Assembly (NCBI GenBank): GCA_947584805.1
Contig: CANPWU010000003.1
Span: forward strand, 6,556 to 70,555
Length of the DNA stretch: 64,000 nucleotides
Origin: an uncultured Clostridia bacterium
GTDB lineage: Bacteria > Bacillota > Clostridia > TANB77 > CAG-508
Direction: 5' to 3'
Shown: piece by piece, positions 32,309 to 43,234 of the stretch
Layout of the letters: every line of letters starts with the position of its first letter
Position numbering within the stretch: the stretch's first letter is position 1
Translations under genes and position numbers: made by a program
Notes under the pieces: model-generated
Database searches by the model: none
What the model was told of the DNA's origin: nothing
The model's input: the letters and a program-made list of their open reading frames with translations, nothing else

Positions 32309-33551
32309 ATGGATTTAAATAAACCTTTGGCATATAGAATGATGCCAAAAACATTAGATGAATATGTTGGACAAGAGCATATTTTGGGTAAAGATAAAAT
32401 TTTATATAGAACAATAAAAGCTGATAGATTATCTAGCATAATTTTATGGGGACCTCCAGGATGTGGCAAAACGTCTCTTGCAAAAGTTATTAGTAATACA
32501 ACAAAAAATAAGTTTTATAAGTTAAATGCTGTAACGTCAGGAGTCTCAGAAATAAAGCAAGTAGTAGAAGAAACTCAAAATTTACTTTTAAATCCATCAG
32601 GAAAATCAATACTATTCATTGACGAGATACATAGATTTAATAAATTACAACAAGATGCGCTTCTTCCGTTTGTAGAAAATGGAACAGTTATATTAATTGG
32701 AGCAACAACAGAAAATCCATATTTTGAAGTGAATAAGGCTTTAATTTCGAGATCAATGGTATGCAAATTAGAACCATTAAGTATAGATGATGTTTTTAAA
32801 GTTTTAAAAAATTCATTAGAAAGTGAAGAAGGACTTAAAAGTTTTAATGTAAAAGTAGAAGATGAGACTTTAAGAAAAATTGCAGAAACAGCAGATGGTG
32901 ATGTTAGAAATGCTTTAAATGGATTAGAAGTTGCAGTTCTTACAACTAAAATGGACGAAAATGGTTTTATTGTAATTACTGATGAAATAGCAAAAGAAAG
33001 TGTACAAAAAAGAAAGATAATTTTTGACAAAAATGGAGATAGCCATTATGATAATATCAGTGCATTTATTAAATCTATGAGAGGCAGTGACCCAGATGCT
33101 GCAATATTTTATTTAGCAAGAGCAATTGCAGGAGGAGAAGATCCAATGTTTTTAGCAAGAAGAATTGTAATTGCAGCTGCTGAGGATGTTGGAATGGCAA
33201 ATCCAAATGCACTAGTTGTTGCAAATTCTGCAATGCAAGCCGTAAATATGGTAGGAATGCCAGAAGCAAGAATTATACTTGCAGATGCAGCTGTTTATGT
33301 AGCAACTTCTAAGAAATCAAATGCAGCATATCTTGCAATAGACAAAGCTTTGAGTGATGTAAAAACAAAAGATACAGGAGAAATACCAATGCATATAAGA
33401 AATGCACCAGCTACTCGGAATGCAGGAATTCGGCTACGGAGAAGGGTATAAATATCCTCATGACTATCCAGGACATATTGTAGAGCAACAATATTTGCCA
33501 GATAAAATGCTAGGTACAAAATATTATATAAAAGATGATACAGTAGAATAA
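32309..33551 (+). CDS. rarA: Replication-associated recombination protein A (AAA+ ATPase). One +1 shift at CGG 33416-33418.
   Basis: ORF 32309..33451 plus a tail. GPPGCGKTS and IHRFNKLQQDALLP are present. act-(c)gga gives NAPAT-G-MQEFGYGEGYKYPHDYPGHIVEQQYLPDKMLGTKYY, the conserved RarA C-terminus. Confidence 0.85.
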
Positions 33552-33596
33552 TTATATATAATAATTATTACCTTTGCATTATAAGTATTTATTAAT

Positions 33597-33809
33597 TTAC
33601 TCAACTCGTCTTCCTTCTTTTGCTGTCATCTTTTCATATTCCTTACACTTTATTTTATATTCCATTTGCATTGTCATATATCTATAATACATATATGCTT
33701 GTTCATATTGGAGCATAGGATTAAACATAGGGTCTTTATACATATCATTCATATTAAAATCTCCTAAATTATCATATGGAGAATAATTATTTTGAAAATC
33801 TTTATCCAT
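33597..33809 (-). CDS. Hypothetical small Tyr/Met-rich protein
   Basis: Intact 70-aa ORF with an RBS. I recognise no family. Confidence 0.35.
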   Translation of the reverse strand: MDKDFQNNYSPYDNLGDFNMNDMYKDPMFNPMLQYEQAYMYYRYMTMQMEYKIKCKEYEKMTAKEGRRVE

Positions 33810-33963
33810 AAATAATCAGCCCTTTCTTTATTTCTAAATTTTATTCTGGGAAATTAGCTTTTATGAATAAAATAAACTTTATAGAATAAAGATATAAAGA
33901 AAAAAATGAAAATGTAAAGTAATCTATGAAAAAATAGATTATAAAAATAGAGGAGGGGATTAT

Positions 33964-34350
33964 ATGAATTTTAAAGAAATGGGAACAGAAAATTTGATAA
34001 AAATTTTTAAAGGAATAGCAATATCTTGTATAGTAACAATTGTTTTATTAGTAATATATGCAGCACTTCTTACATATACAAACATACCAGAAAATACTAT
34101 GATGCCAGTTATTATAGCTATTACAGCAGTTAGCATTTTAGCACGGAAGTGGAATACGGTGCAGGTTCTATCAAGAAAAACGGAATAATAAATGGTGGAA
34201 TAATTGGATTAGTCTATATTTTAATATTATATATTTTATCAAGCATACTTGGAAGTGGATTTGCTTTAAATACATATTCTTTAATAATGATTGCAGTCTC
34301 AATTGCAGCTGGGGCAATTGGTGGAATTGTACGGAGTAAACTTGAGGTAA
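33964..34350 (+). CDS. Small Gly-rich integral membrane protein (TIGR04086/YrzE-like). +1 shifts at CGG 34144 and 34157, and a possible third at 34332.
   Basis: ORFs 33964..34188 and 34149..34355. The joins are SILA-G-SGI-G-AGSIKKNGIINGGIIGLVY. The C-terminus is either ...GGIV-G-VNLR* (end 34350) or VRSKLEVN* (end 34355). Confidence 0.5.
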
Positions 34351-34361
34351 ATTAAATATAA

Positions 34362-34400
34362 AAGAAGTCCTATATATTATTAATATATAGGACTTCAAAA
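34362..34400. terminator. Bidirectional terminator hairpin
   Basis: gaagtcctatata / tatataggacttc sits between convergent genes. Confidence 0.55.
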
Positions 34401-34441
34401 ATTTTAATAAATTTATTATTTACAAATTATTAAATAAAGTT

Positions 34442-34792
34442 TTATGCATTTTTTGCTGTTTCAGCTAATTTTGCGAAAGCTTCTGAATCAGAAACTGCAA
34501 TTTCTGCAAGCATTTTTCTATTTATAGAAACATTTGCTTTTTTAAGACCTGCAATTAACTTACTGTAAGTTAATCCATTTTGTCTAGCAGCAGCATTAAT
34601 TCTGGTTATCCATAATTTTCTAAAATTACTCTTTTTGTCTTTTCTACCAACATAAGCATACATACCAGATTTCATAACAGCTTGTTTAGCCATTCTAAAT
34701 CTATAATGTTTTGCTCCATAATAACCTTTTGCTTGTTTTAATACTTTTTTATGTTTTTTACGTGTTATTCTAGCTGTTTTAACTCTTGCCAT
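34442..34792 (-). CDS. rplT: 50S ribosomal protein L20
   Basis: [26 protein letters not shown], intact. Confidence 0.95.
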   Translation of the reverse strand: MARVKTARITRKKHKKVLKQAKGYYGAKHYRFRMAKQAVMKSGMYAYVGRKDKKSNFRKLWITRINAAARQNGLTYSKLIAGLKKANVSINRKMLAEIAVSDSEAFAKLAETAKNA

Positions 34793-34812
34793 TTTAAATT
34801 CCTCCTTAAATA

Positions 34813-35016
34813 TTAATTATCATATGGTAATAATCTCTTAATTCCATGTACGCAAGTTTTATCTGCGTATGCATCTTGAATTTTACCAGTTTTTCTTTGT
34901 CTACTTGTTTTATTAGCAAGCAAATGTCTTCTGTTAGATTTTGTTCTTTTTACTTTTCCAGTAGCTGTCATACTATATCTTTTTTTAGCAGCTTTGTTTG
35001 TTTTAAGTTTTGGCAT
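34813..35016 (-). CDS. rpmI: 50S ribosomal protein L35
   Basis: [24 protein letters not shown], intact. Confidence 0.95.
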   Translation of the reverse strand: MPKLKTNKAAKKRYSMTATGKVKRTKSNRRHLLANKTSRQRKTGKIQDAYADKTCVHGIKRLLPYDN

Positions 35017-35052
35017 AATATTTTCCTCCTTTAAAATTGATAATTATAATTT

Positions 35053-35562
35053 CTATTTATTTAATGAAAAAATTATAAACATATTTTTACCTTCGAGAGA
35101 AGGTTTCTTTTCAGGTGTTGCAATATCTGAAAGTTCTTCTATAAACTTATTTAAGATATCTTCCCCTTGTTTTACATAATTTAATTCTCTTCCTCTAAAG
35201 CGTACAGTAATTTTTACTTTAGAACCATTTTCTAAAAACTTTCTAGCATTTTTTACTTTGAAGTTGAAATCATGTTCTTCAGTATTAGGTGTAACACGAA
35301 GTTCTTTGACTTCATAAACTTTTTGCTTTTTCTTAGCTTCTTTTTCACGCTTAGTTTGTTCAAATTTATATTTACCATAGTTCATAATTTTACAAACTGG
35401 TGGTGTAGCATTTGGAGAAACTAAAACTAAATCTAAATCTTTTTGAGTTGCAAGTTCTAAAGCTTTATTAGATGACATAATGCCTAATTTTTCTCCATCG
35501 TCGCTTATAACTTGGATCTCATTAAAGCGAATTTGTTCATTAATTGGTAATTCTTGTTTTAT
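35053..35562 (-). CDS. infC: Translation initiation factor IF-3, probably with a non-AUG (AUA) start
   Basis: IKQELPINEQIRFNEIQVISDDGEKLGI...ELRVTPNTEEHDF matches IF-3. The RBS aagggagg lies 8 nt upstream of in-frame ATA 35562. infC genes classically use AUU/AUA-type starts. Confidence 0.85.
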   Translation of the reverse strand: MKQELPINEQIRFNEIQVISDDGEKLGIMSSNKALELATQKDLDLVLVSPNATPPVCKIMNYGKYKFEQTKREKEAKKKQKVYEVKELRVTPNTEEHDFNFKVKNARKFLENGSKVKITVRFRGRELNYVKQGEDILNKFIEELSDIATPEKKPSLEGKNMFIIFSLNK

Positions 35563-35583
35563 AGTAAAAACCTCCCTTATATA

Positions 35584-35735
35584 AAAAAACAGATTTGCCA
35601 AAAAACAAATCTATCCACTAATATTTATAAAACTAAATATAAATAACCTTTTTCCTTTATTTAGGTTAAGGTGAGAAGTGGATGACTTCTTCTTAAGCAC
35701 AACTAATATTATACACTATTTTAAAAAAAAGTCAA
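35584..35735 (-). promoter_or_regulatory. infC operon promoter and leader with a terminator-like attenuator (L20-leader-type region)
   Basis: On the minus strand: ttgact (35735-35730), then tgtataat (-10 at 35713-35708), then a leader. The hairpin agatttg/caaatct is followed by a T-run (35612-35584) just before the RBS. Confidence 0.45.
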
Positions 35736-35853
35736 GACAAAATTAAAAAAATATACGATTTTACTGGACGAAAAGCAAAATTTGTAGTAAAATATTTATA
35801 AAAATAGTTGTATAGCAAAAAAATGTATGTGTTTTTAGAAAGGATATTAAAAT

Positions 35854-36112
35854 ATGAGATTTATAAATATTGGTTATGGAAATATAATTGCAATAGACAA
35901 AGTAATATCTATTATAACACCTGGTGCTGCACCTATAAAAAGAATGGTACAAGAGGCTAAACAAAATGGATTAATTATAGATCGGAACAACAGGAAGAAA
36001 AACACGTTCAGTAATTGTAATGGACTCAGGGCATATAGTACTTTCTGCGATACAACCTGAAACAATAATAAGTAGATTAAATAAAGAAAACATTGATAAG
36101 GAGGATGATTAA
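35854..36112 (+). CDS. remA: RemA-like (DUF370) regulatory protein. One +1 shift at CGG 35983-35985.
   Basis: [75 protein letters not shown] is collinear with the RemA family. Confidence 0.8.
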
Positions 36113-36114
36113 TT

Positions 36115-36309
36115 ATGATGGTAGAACCAACAGTTAGTGAGCTTTTAGATAAAGTAGAAAACCGCTATGAATTAGTTATTGCAACAGCAAAAAGAGCAAG
36201 ACAACTTGCAAATGGGGAAACAGCTCTTACAAATAAAAAGGAAGCATCACCAGTAACTTTAGCTGCAGTCGAAATCGAAGAAGATAAAGTATATGTTGTA
36301 AAAGAATAG
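36115..36309 (+). CDS. rpoZ: DNA-directed RNA polymerase subunit omega
   Basis: PTVSELLDKVENRYELVIATAKRARQL, intact. Confidence 0.85.
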   Translation: MMVEPTVSELLDKVENRYELVIATAKRARQLANGETALTNKKEASPVTLAAVEIEEDKVYVVKE

Positions 36310-36334
36310 TATAATGTTAGAAGGGATGGACTAT

Positions 36335-36902
36335 ATGTTAGTTATATTATCAGGAGTTGCAGGAGCTGGAAAAGATACTATAAAAAAAGAAATAATAAAA
36401 AGGATGGAAAATGTTGTATCTATTCCTTCTATTACTGATAGGCCTGTAAGACCACGGAGATGTTCCTGGAGAAACCTATATTTTTGTAAGTACGGATGAA
36501 TTTAAAAAATTAATTGACGAAGGAAATTTATATGAATTTGATATCCATCATAATCACTATTATGGTGTTCCAAAGAAACAACTAAATGAAAGACTATCTC
36601 AAGGCAAAGTAGTTATAAAAGATGTAGATGTAAATGGAACAGAAAACTTAGTAAAAATTTTAAGCAAAGATATGAAAGTTATAACAATATTCCTAAGAGT
36701 TCCTAAAGAAGAACTTAGAAAAAGATTAGAAGAAAGAATTGATAAGCCTGACGAAAAGGAAATTGAATTAAGACTTAGTAGGTTTGATTTTGAAGAATCT
36801 AAAATGGATAATTATGATTATGTAATTGAAAATACAAATCAAGAAGAAACAATTAAAAAAGTAATGGAAATAATAAAAACAAACTTAAGCCCCAATTTTT
36901 AA
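36335..36902 (+). CDS. Guanylate kinase-like protein. One +1 shift at CGG 36455-36457.
   Basis: ORFs 36314..36499 and 36672..36902. LSGVAGAGKDT is the P-loop. cca-(c)gga gives TDRPVRP-G-DVPGETYIFVSTDEFKKLIDEGNLYEF. The start is uncertain (36314 or 36335). Confidence 0.6.
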
Positions 36903-36910
36903 TTGGGAAA

Positions 36911-36967
36911 TAGTTGCCTTATAAATGAACACAAAAAAGTGTTTATTTATAAGGCAGCTATTTTTTT
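36911..36967 (+). terminator. Intrinsic terminator
   Basis: A long imperfect stem (atagttgccttataaatgaacac / gtgtttatttataaggcagctat) is followed by ttttttt. Confidence 0.65.
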
Positions 36968-37059
36968 ACTTATCACTTTAGAAATCTTTCAAAAATACTT
37001 GAAAAATGAACATATTATGATATAATATAAACATAATTTTTTTAATAAGGAGTTGACAT

Positions 37060-37779
37060 ATGACACCACATAATGAAGCTAATATAGGCGATATAGCCAA
37101 AACTGTCTTAATGGCAGGAGATCCACTTAGAGTAAAATATATTGCAGAAAATTTTTTAACAGATTATAAATTAGTTAATACTGTTAGAGGAATGTATTGC
37201 TATACAGGTACTTATAACGGTAAAAAAATTTCCGTTATGGCACATGGAATGGGAATGCCAAGTATGGGCATATATGCATATGAATTATTTCACATATATA
37301 ATGTAGATACAATTATTAGAATGGGATCATGTGGAGCAATTACAGATGATTTAAACTTAAATGACCTTATTTTAATTGAAAAAACATATACAGAAAGTAA
37401 TTATGCTTATAGTTTTGGCAATGAAGAATGCCACATTGCATATCCAAGTGAAGAAGTAAATAATACAATTGAAACTACTGCATCTGAAAAGAACATAAAA
37501 TATGTAAAAGGTACTACTCTTTGCACTGATTGCTTTGACTGGTATGTACCAGATAAATTTGCACAAATTAAACGTGCCCCAAAAGATCTAGAATTAATTG
37601 CCTCAGAAATGGAAGCTTTTGCTTTGTTTTATATTGCTAAAAGAGAAAATAAAAAAGCAGCATGTCTACTTACAGTAGTCGATATACCAAAAGATGAAAA
37701 AGGAGTGTCAGCAGAAGAAAGAGAAAAATCATTAAATAATATGATAATACTTGCACTTGAGAGTGCATTAAAAATATAA
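37060..37779 (+). CDS. deoD: Purine nucleoside phosphorylase, DeoD type
   Basis: MTPHNEANIGDIAKTVLMAGDPLRVKYIAENFL...GMGMPSMGIYAYEL, intact. Confidence 0.85.
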   Translation: MTPHNEANIGDIAKTVLMAGDPLRVKYIAENFLTDYKLVNTVRGMYCYTGTYNGKKISVMAHGMGMPSMGIYAYELFHIYNVDTIIRMGSCGAITDDLNLNDLILIEKTYTESNYAYSFGNEECHIAYPSEEVNNTIETTASEKNIKYVKGTTLCTDCFDWYVPDKFAQIKRAPKDLELIASEMEAFALFYIAKRENKKAACLLTVVDIPKDEKGVSAEEREKSLNNMIILALESALKI

Positions 37780-37798
37780 AAATAAGGAGAGAAAAGAA

Positions 37799-38722
37799 AT
37801 GGAAAAAGTATATATTTTTGGACACAAAAATCCAGACACAGATTCAATAACATCAAGTATCGTATTAGAAAATTTAGAAAGAAAATTAGGAAATGAAAAT
37901 GTAAAAGCATACAAATTAGGAAATGTAAATAAAGAGACTAAATTTGTATTAGATTATTTTAATGTACAAGAACCAGAGACTTTAGAAAATCTAGAAGAAA
38001 ATGCAAATGTAATGTTAGTAGATCATAATAGCTTTACACAAAGCTCCGATGGAATTGAAAATGCTAATATTTTAAAGGTTATAGATCACCACTGTATATC
38101 AGGATTTGAAACAAAATTACCATTATATTATTTAGCAGAACCAGTAGGTTGTACAGAAACAATTTTATATAAACTATATAGACTAAATAACGTAGAAATA
38201 GATCCAAAATTAGCAGGACTTATGGTTAGTGCAATAATTTCAGATACTTTACTTTTAAAATCTCCAACATGTACAGAAGATGATGTAAAAGTAGCTAAAG
38301 AACTTGCAAAAATTGCAGGTATTGATTTAGAAGGATATGGAATGGAAATGCTAAAAGCTGGAACAGATTTAAGCGATTTTACAGCAGAAGAATTAATAGA
38401 AATTGATTCGAAAAAGATTGAATCAAATGGTGTTAATATTCAAGTTGCTCAAGTAAACACAGCTTCTATTGAAGAAGTTATGAAAGACCAAGAAGAACTA
38501 GAAAATGCTATGAATAAATTTATAGAAGAAAATAATATAGATATATTTATGCTATTAGTTACAGATATAATAAATAGCGATTCTGAAGCAATTGTTCTAG
38601 GAAATAGAGTAGACATAGCAGAAAAAGCATTTGATAGAAAAGTAAACAATAACAGAATCTTCCTAGAAGGAGTTGTATCTAGGAAAAAACAAGTTTTCCC
38701 AGTTTTAATGGAAAACACATAA
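37799..38722 (+). CDS. ppaC: Manganese-dependent inorganic pyrophosphatase (family II, DHH)
   Basis: YIFGHKNPDTDSITSS...VIDHH...DTLLLKSPTCT, intact. Confidence 0.88.
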   Translation: MEKVYIFGHKNPDTDSITSSIVLENLERKLGNENVKAYKLGNVNKETKFVLDYFNVQEPETLENLEENANVMLVDHNSFTQSSDGIENANILKVIDHHCISGFETKLPLYYLAEPVGCTETILYKLYRLNNVEIDPKLAGLMVSAIISDTLLLKSPTCTEDDVKVAKELAKIAGIDLEGYGMEMLKAGTDLSDFTAEELIEIDSKKIESNGVNIQVAQVNTASIEEVMKDQEELENAMNKFIEENNIDIFMLLVTDIINSDSEAIVLGNRVDIAEKAFDRKVNNNRIFLEGVVSRKKQVFPVLMENT

Positions 38723-38744
38723 ATTAAATAAGGAGGTTTTTTAA

Positions 38745-40052
38745 ATGTCAAATTTAAAGGTTGATTTAAGTAATGCAAGTGTTAGTATGGAGGACATTTT
38801 AGAATATAAAGAAGAGGTTAAAGAAATCGACAAAATTTTACGTAAAAACCCAAATGATGAAAATAATTTTTTGGGATGGATAGAACTTCCAACAAATTAT
38901 GATAAAGAAGAATTTGAAAGAATAAAAAAAGCAGCAAAAAAAATACAAAGCGATTCAGAAGTGTTTGTTTGTATAGGAATAGGAGGATCTTATTTAGGAG
39001 CTAGAGCAGTAATTGATGCATTAACTAGTACATTTTATAATTGTACAAAACAAAGTACTCCACAAATATTTTATGCTGGAAACAGTATAAGCTCAACATA
39101 TTTAAATGAATTGATAGAAGCAATAGGAGATAGAGACTTTTCAATCAATGTAATATCAAAATCTGGAACAACAACTGAGCCTGCAATAGCTTTTAGAATA
39201 TTTAGAGAAATACTAGAAAATAAATATGGAGTAGAAGAAGCAAGAAAAAGGATATATGTTACAACTGATAAAGCAAAGGGAGCTTTAAAACAATTATCAA
39301 ACGAAGAAGGATATGAGACTTTTGTAGTTCCTGATAATATTGGAGGAAGATATTCCGTACTCACTGCAGTAGGACTTTTGCCAATTGCTGTAGCAGGAAT
39401 AGACATTGAAAAATTGATGCAAGGAGCAAAAGATGCTGAGGACAAATATTCAGATAATAATTTAAAGTATAATGAATGTTACCAATATGCAGTTGTAAGA
39501 AATATATTATATAAAAATAAAAAAGAAATAGAATTATTAGTTAATTATGAACCTAAAATGCATTACTTCACAGAGTGGTGGAAGCAACTATTTGGTGAGA
39601 GTGAAGGAAAAATGCAAAGAGGAATTTTCCCTGCTGGAGTAGAATTTACAACTGATTTACATTCAATGGGACAATATATACAAGAAGGAAAGAGGCATCT
39701 TATTGAAACAGTTATAAATATTGCTGAACCAAAATCAGATATTACTCTAAAAAAAGAAGAAGACGACCTAGATGGAATAAATTATTTAGCAGGAAAGACT
39801 ATGGACTTTGTAAATAAAAAGGCAATGGAAGCAACAGTTGAAGCTCATGTTACTGGAAAAGTTCCAAATATAATTATAAATATAGACAAACTAGATGAAA
39901 AAGCATTAGGACATTTGATATATTTCTTTGAACTTGCATGTGCTATGTCAGGAAGTATATTAGGAGTTAATCCATTTAATCAACCTGGAGTTGAAGAATA
40001 TAAAAAGAATATGTTTAGATTACTTGGAAAACCGGGATATGAGAATAAATAA
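38745..40052 (+). CDS. pgi: Glucose-6-phosphate isomerase
   Basis: [12 protein letters not shown]...[10 protein letters not shown]...[14 protein letters not shown]...GESEGK, intact. Confidence 0.9.
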   Translation: MSNLKVDLSNASVSMEDILEYKEEVKEIDKILRKNPNDENNFLGWIELPTNYDKEEFERIKKAAKKIQSDSEVFVCIGIGGSYLGARAVIDALTSTFYNCTKQSTPQIFYAGNSISSTYLNELIEAIGDRDFSINVISKSGTTTEPAIAFRIFREILENKYGVEEARKRIYVTTDKAKGALKQLSNEEGYETFVVPDNIGGRYSVLTAVGLLPIAVAGIDIEKLMQGAKDAEDKYSDNNLKYNECYQYAVVRNILYKNKKEIELLVNYEPKMHYFTEWWKQLFGESEGKMQRGIFPAGVEFTTDLHSMGQYIQEGKRHLIETVINIAEPKSDITLKKEEDDLDGINYLAGKTMDFVNKKAMEATVEAHVTGKVPNIIINIDKLDEKALGHLIYFFELACAMSGSILGVNPFNQPGVEEYKKNMFRLLGKPGYENK

Positions 40053-40128
40053 ATATATTATTACTTCCAAACAATAGAAAAAAACGAATAATGTAACAAT
40101 AAATTAGCTTAAAGGAGTGGAAAATTTT

Positions 40129-42582
40129 ATGGAATATTCAAAAAAAATAGATCAAAAATGGCAAGAAAAATGGAAAAAAGAAAATTTATATAAATACGAT
40201 CCAAATGCAAAGGGAGAAAAATTTTATACTATGGAAATGTTCTCTTATCCTTCAGGTGCAAAATTACATTTAGGACATTGGTTTAATTTTGGACCATCTG
40301 ATTCTTATGCTAGATTTAAGAAAATGCAAGGCTATAATGTATTTCATCCAATGGGATTTGATGCATTTGGACTTCCTGCTGAGAATTATGCAATAAAAAC
40401 AGGAATACACCCAGAAGATTCAACTTTAAAAAATATTGATACGATGAAAAAACAATTAGATGAAATGGGTGCAAATTATGATTGGGAGTATTCTGTAGAA
40501 ACATGCATGCCAAATTATTATAAATGGACTCAGTGGTTATTTACAGTTTTATACAAAGCAGGTTTAGCATATAAAAAAGAAGCTCCTGTAAACTGGTGTG
40601 ATAGTTGTAAAACAGTTCTTGCAAATGAACAAGTCGTAAATGGAGCATGTGAAAGATGTGGAACTATTGTAGAAAGAAAAAAATTATCACAATGGTTTTT
40701 CAAAATTACAGATTATGCAGAAGAACTATTATCTGGATTAGACACAATAGACTGGCCAGAGTCAACTAAGAAGGTTCAAATAAATTGGATTGGAAAATCT
40801 GAAGGAACAGAAGTTAAATTTAAAGGGGAAAATGGAGATTTTGAATTTAGCGTATTTACTACAAGAGTAGATACAATTAATGGTGTAACATACGTTGTTG
40901 TTGCACCTGAAAGTGAATTGGTACAAAGAATAACGACAAAAGAGCAGAAATCAGCAGTTGAGGAATATATAAAAGAAACTTCAAAACTTAATGAAATAGA
41001 TAGATTATCAACAGAAAGACCAAAAACGGGAGTATTTACAGGAGCTTATGTTATAAATCCTGTAAATGGAGATAAGGTACCTGTATGGATTGCAGACTAT
41101 GTATTAGAGGATTATGGAACAGGAGCAGTAATGGCTGTACCTGCACATGATACAAGAGATTTTGCTTTTGCAAAAAAATATAATCTAGACATTAAAACTG
41201 TAATAACATCAAAAGATGGCGAAAATATAGAATTACCTTTTACAGAAAAAGGTGTTTTAATAAATAGTGGAAAATATAATGGCTTAACATCAGAAGAAGC
41301 AAAAGAGAAGATAACTGAAGATCTTGCTCAAAAAGGAGAAGGAAAGAAGAGCGTAAATTATAGATTAAAAGATTGGTTAATATCAAGACAAAGATATTGG
41401 GGAGCTCCAATTCCAATTATTTATTGTGATAAATGTGGAACTGTTGTTGTTCCAGAAAAAGATTTACCAGTATTACTTCCATATGATGTAGAATTTAAAC
41501 CAGATGGTGAATCACCACTTAAAAAATCTAAAGAATTTATGGAATGTACATGTCCAAAATGCGGTGGAAAAGCTACAAGAGAAGCTGATACATTAGATAC
41601 ATTTGTATGTTCTTCTTGGTATGAATTAAGATATCCTAATGCTAAAAATGATGAAAAAGCTTTTGATAAAGATATAGTAAATAAAATGCTTCCAGTTGAT
41701 ACTTATGTTGGAGGTAAAGAACATGCAGCAATGCACCTAATATATGTAAGATTTATTACAAAAGCTCTACGTGATTTAGGATATTTAAACTTTGATGAAC
41801 CATTTAAGAGATTAGTTCATCAAGGTATGATTTTAGGCCCTGACGGAAATAAAATGAGCAAAAGTAAAGGAAATACAGTTTCTCCAGAAGAATACATTGA
41901 AAAATATGGTGCAGATGTATTTAGAATGTATTTAATGTTTGGATTTGATTATAGACAAGGTGGACCTTGGGATGAAAATGGAATAGATTCAATGGTAAGA
42001 TATTTTTCAAGAATCGAAAGATTAATTGAAAATGCAAATGAATATAAAGGTAAAAATAGTAATTCTGATATTGGATCAAAAGAAAAAGATCTTCTTAGAG
42101 TTAAAAATCAAACAATAAAAGAAATGGGTCAAGATATAAACGATTTCGGATTCAATACAGCTATTGCTAGAAGTATGGAGCTTTTAAATAAAATAAATGA
42201 ATATATGAGAGAAAATGATAAAGTAAATGAAAGTTTACTTCTTGAAACTGTAGAAACATATATAAAATTGATTGCTCCACTTGCACCACATTTTTCAGAA
42301 GAATTATGGGAAAAATTAGGACATACAGAGTCTGTTCATAAAGAATCATGGCCAATTGTAAATGAAAAAGATTTGAATGGTGGAACAAAAGAAATTCCTG
42401 TCCAAGTCAATGGAAAATTGAAGGCAACTATTACTGTAGATGCTGATATAACTCCAGAAGAAATGCTTGATGAGATAAAAAATTCAAAACAAGTTAAAGA
42501 TATATATGAAAAATACACAGTTAAAAAAGAAATATATGTACCAGGAAAGATATATAATTTAGTTGTAGAAGTTAAAAAATAG
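40129..42582 (+). CDS. leuS: Leucine--tRNA ligase
   Basis: [16 protein letters not shown] (HIGH-type) and KMSKSKGN (KMSKS). Intact, with no in-frame CGG. Confidence 0.92.
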   Translation: MEYSKKIDQKWQEKWKKENLYKYDPNAKGEKFYTMEMFSYPSGAKLHLGHWFNFGPSDSYARFKKMQGYNVFHPMGFDAFGLPAENYAIKTGIHPEDSTLKNIDTMKKQLDEMGANYDWEYSVETCMPNYYKWTQWLFTVLYKAGLAYKKEAPVNWCDSCKTVLANEQVVNGACERCGTIVERKKLSQWFFKITDYAEELLSGLDTIDWPESTKKVQINWIGKSEGTEVKFKGENGDFEFSVFTTRVDTINGVTYVVVAPESELVQRITTKEQKSAVEEYIKETSKLNEIDRLSTERPKTGVFTGAYVINPVNGDKVPVWIADYVLEDYGTGAVMAVPAHDTRDFAFAKKYNLDIKTVITSKDGENIELPFTEKGVLINSGKYNGLTSEEAKEKITEDLAQKGEGKKSVNYRLKDWLISRQRYWGAPIPIIYCDKCGTVVVPEKDLPVLLPYDVEFKPDGESPLKKSKEFMECTCPKCGGKATREADTLDTFVCSSWYELRYPNAKNDEKAFDKDIVNKMLPVDTYVGGKEHAAMHLIYVRFITKALRDLGYLNFDEPFKRLVHQGMILGPDGNKMSKSKGNTVSPEEYIEKYGADVFRMYLMFGFDYRQGGPWDENGIDSMVRYFSRIERLIENANEYKGKNSNSDIGSKEKDLLRVKNQTIKEMGQDINDFGFNTAIARSMELLNKINEYMRENDKVNESLLLETVETYIKLIAPLAPHFSEELWEKLGHTESVHKESWPIVNEKDLNGGTKEIPVQVNGKLKATITVDADITPEEMLDEIKNSKQVKDIYEKYTVKKEIYVPGKIYNLVVEVKK

Positions 42583-42598
42583 AGAGGAATGATAAATT

Positions 42599-43204
42599 TT
42601 GAATTTGCCTAATAAATTAACTATAATGAGAATATTACTAGTTATAGTAATGGTTGTAATATCAGTTTTAGACATAAAAGGAATATTATTTGGAGTTGAA
42701 GTAAAGTTTTGGCTAATAAATGTAATTTTTATCATAGCTTCTATAACAGATAAATTAGATGGATATATTGCACGTTCTAGGAACTTAGTTACAAATTTTG
42801 GAAAGTTCCTAGATCCAATCGCAGATAAAATTCTTGTTCTTGCCGCAATGCTTATATTAGTTGAAAGACAGATGCTTCCAGCTTGGATTCCAATATGCGT
42901 ACTAACACGTGAATTTGTTGTATCTGGTTATAGATTAATTGCAGTAGAGCAAGGAGGAAAAGTTATAGCTGCTTCAATTTGGGGAAAACTAAAAACATTA
43001 ACTCAAATGCTTGCAATTATTTTAGCATTTATAAATATTAACAATACAAATATATTCTTTAATTTCGCATCAGGAAATTTAACAGGATTAGAACTTTGGC
43101 TAAATGTTATAACATCAATATTAATGCTTATATCAGTATTTGCAACAATTTTTTCTGGATGGGACTACGTAAAAGGCGGAAAAGATTTATTTAAAGATAA
43201 ATAA
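42599..43204 (+). CDS. pgsA: CDP-diacylglycerol--glycerol-3-phosphate 3-phosphatidyltransferase
   Basis: NLPNKLTIMRILL...DKLDGYIARSRNLVTNFGKFLDPIADK (CDP-alcohol phosphatidyltransferase motif). It has a TTG start. Confidence 0.85.
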   Translation: MNLPNKLTIMRILLVIVMVVISVLDIKGILFGVEVKFWLINVIFIIASITDKLDGYIARSRNLVTNFGKFLDPIADKILVLAAMLILVERQMLPAWIPICVLTREFVVSGYRLIAVEQGGKVIAASIWGKLKTLTQMLAIILAFININNTNIFFNFASGNLTGLELWLNVITSILMLISVFATIFSGWDYVKGGKDLFKDK

Positions 43205-43234
43205 TTTATAAAACTTATGATACAAGGAGTTTAT

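Noticed and set aside
36115-36902. Gene order remA-rpoZ-gmk-like (instead of the common remA-gmk-rpoZ) as a rearrangement of interest
   Set aside because: Local order of these small genes varies among Firmicutes. The gmk-like protein is divergent and may not be the canonical Gmk. This is not informative on its own.
40053-40128. T-box leader upstream of leuS
   Set aside because: Only about 75 nt of intergenic sequence is available, which is too short for a T-box. I saw no specifier or antiterminator motif (no T-box consensus aggtggtaccgcg-like sequence).
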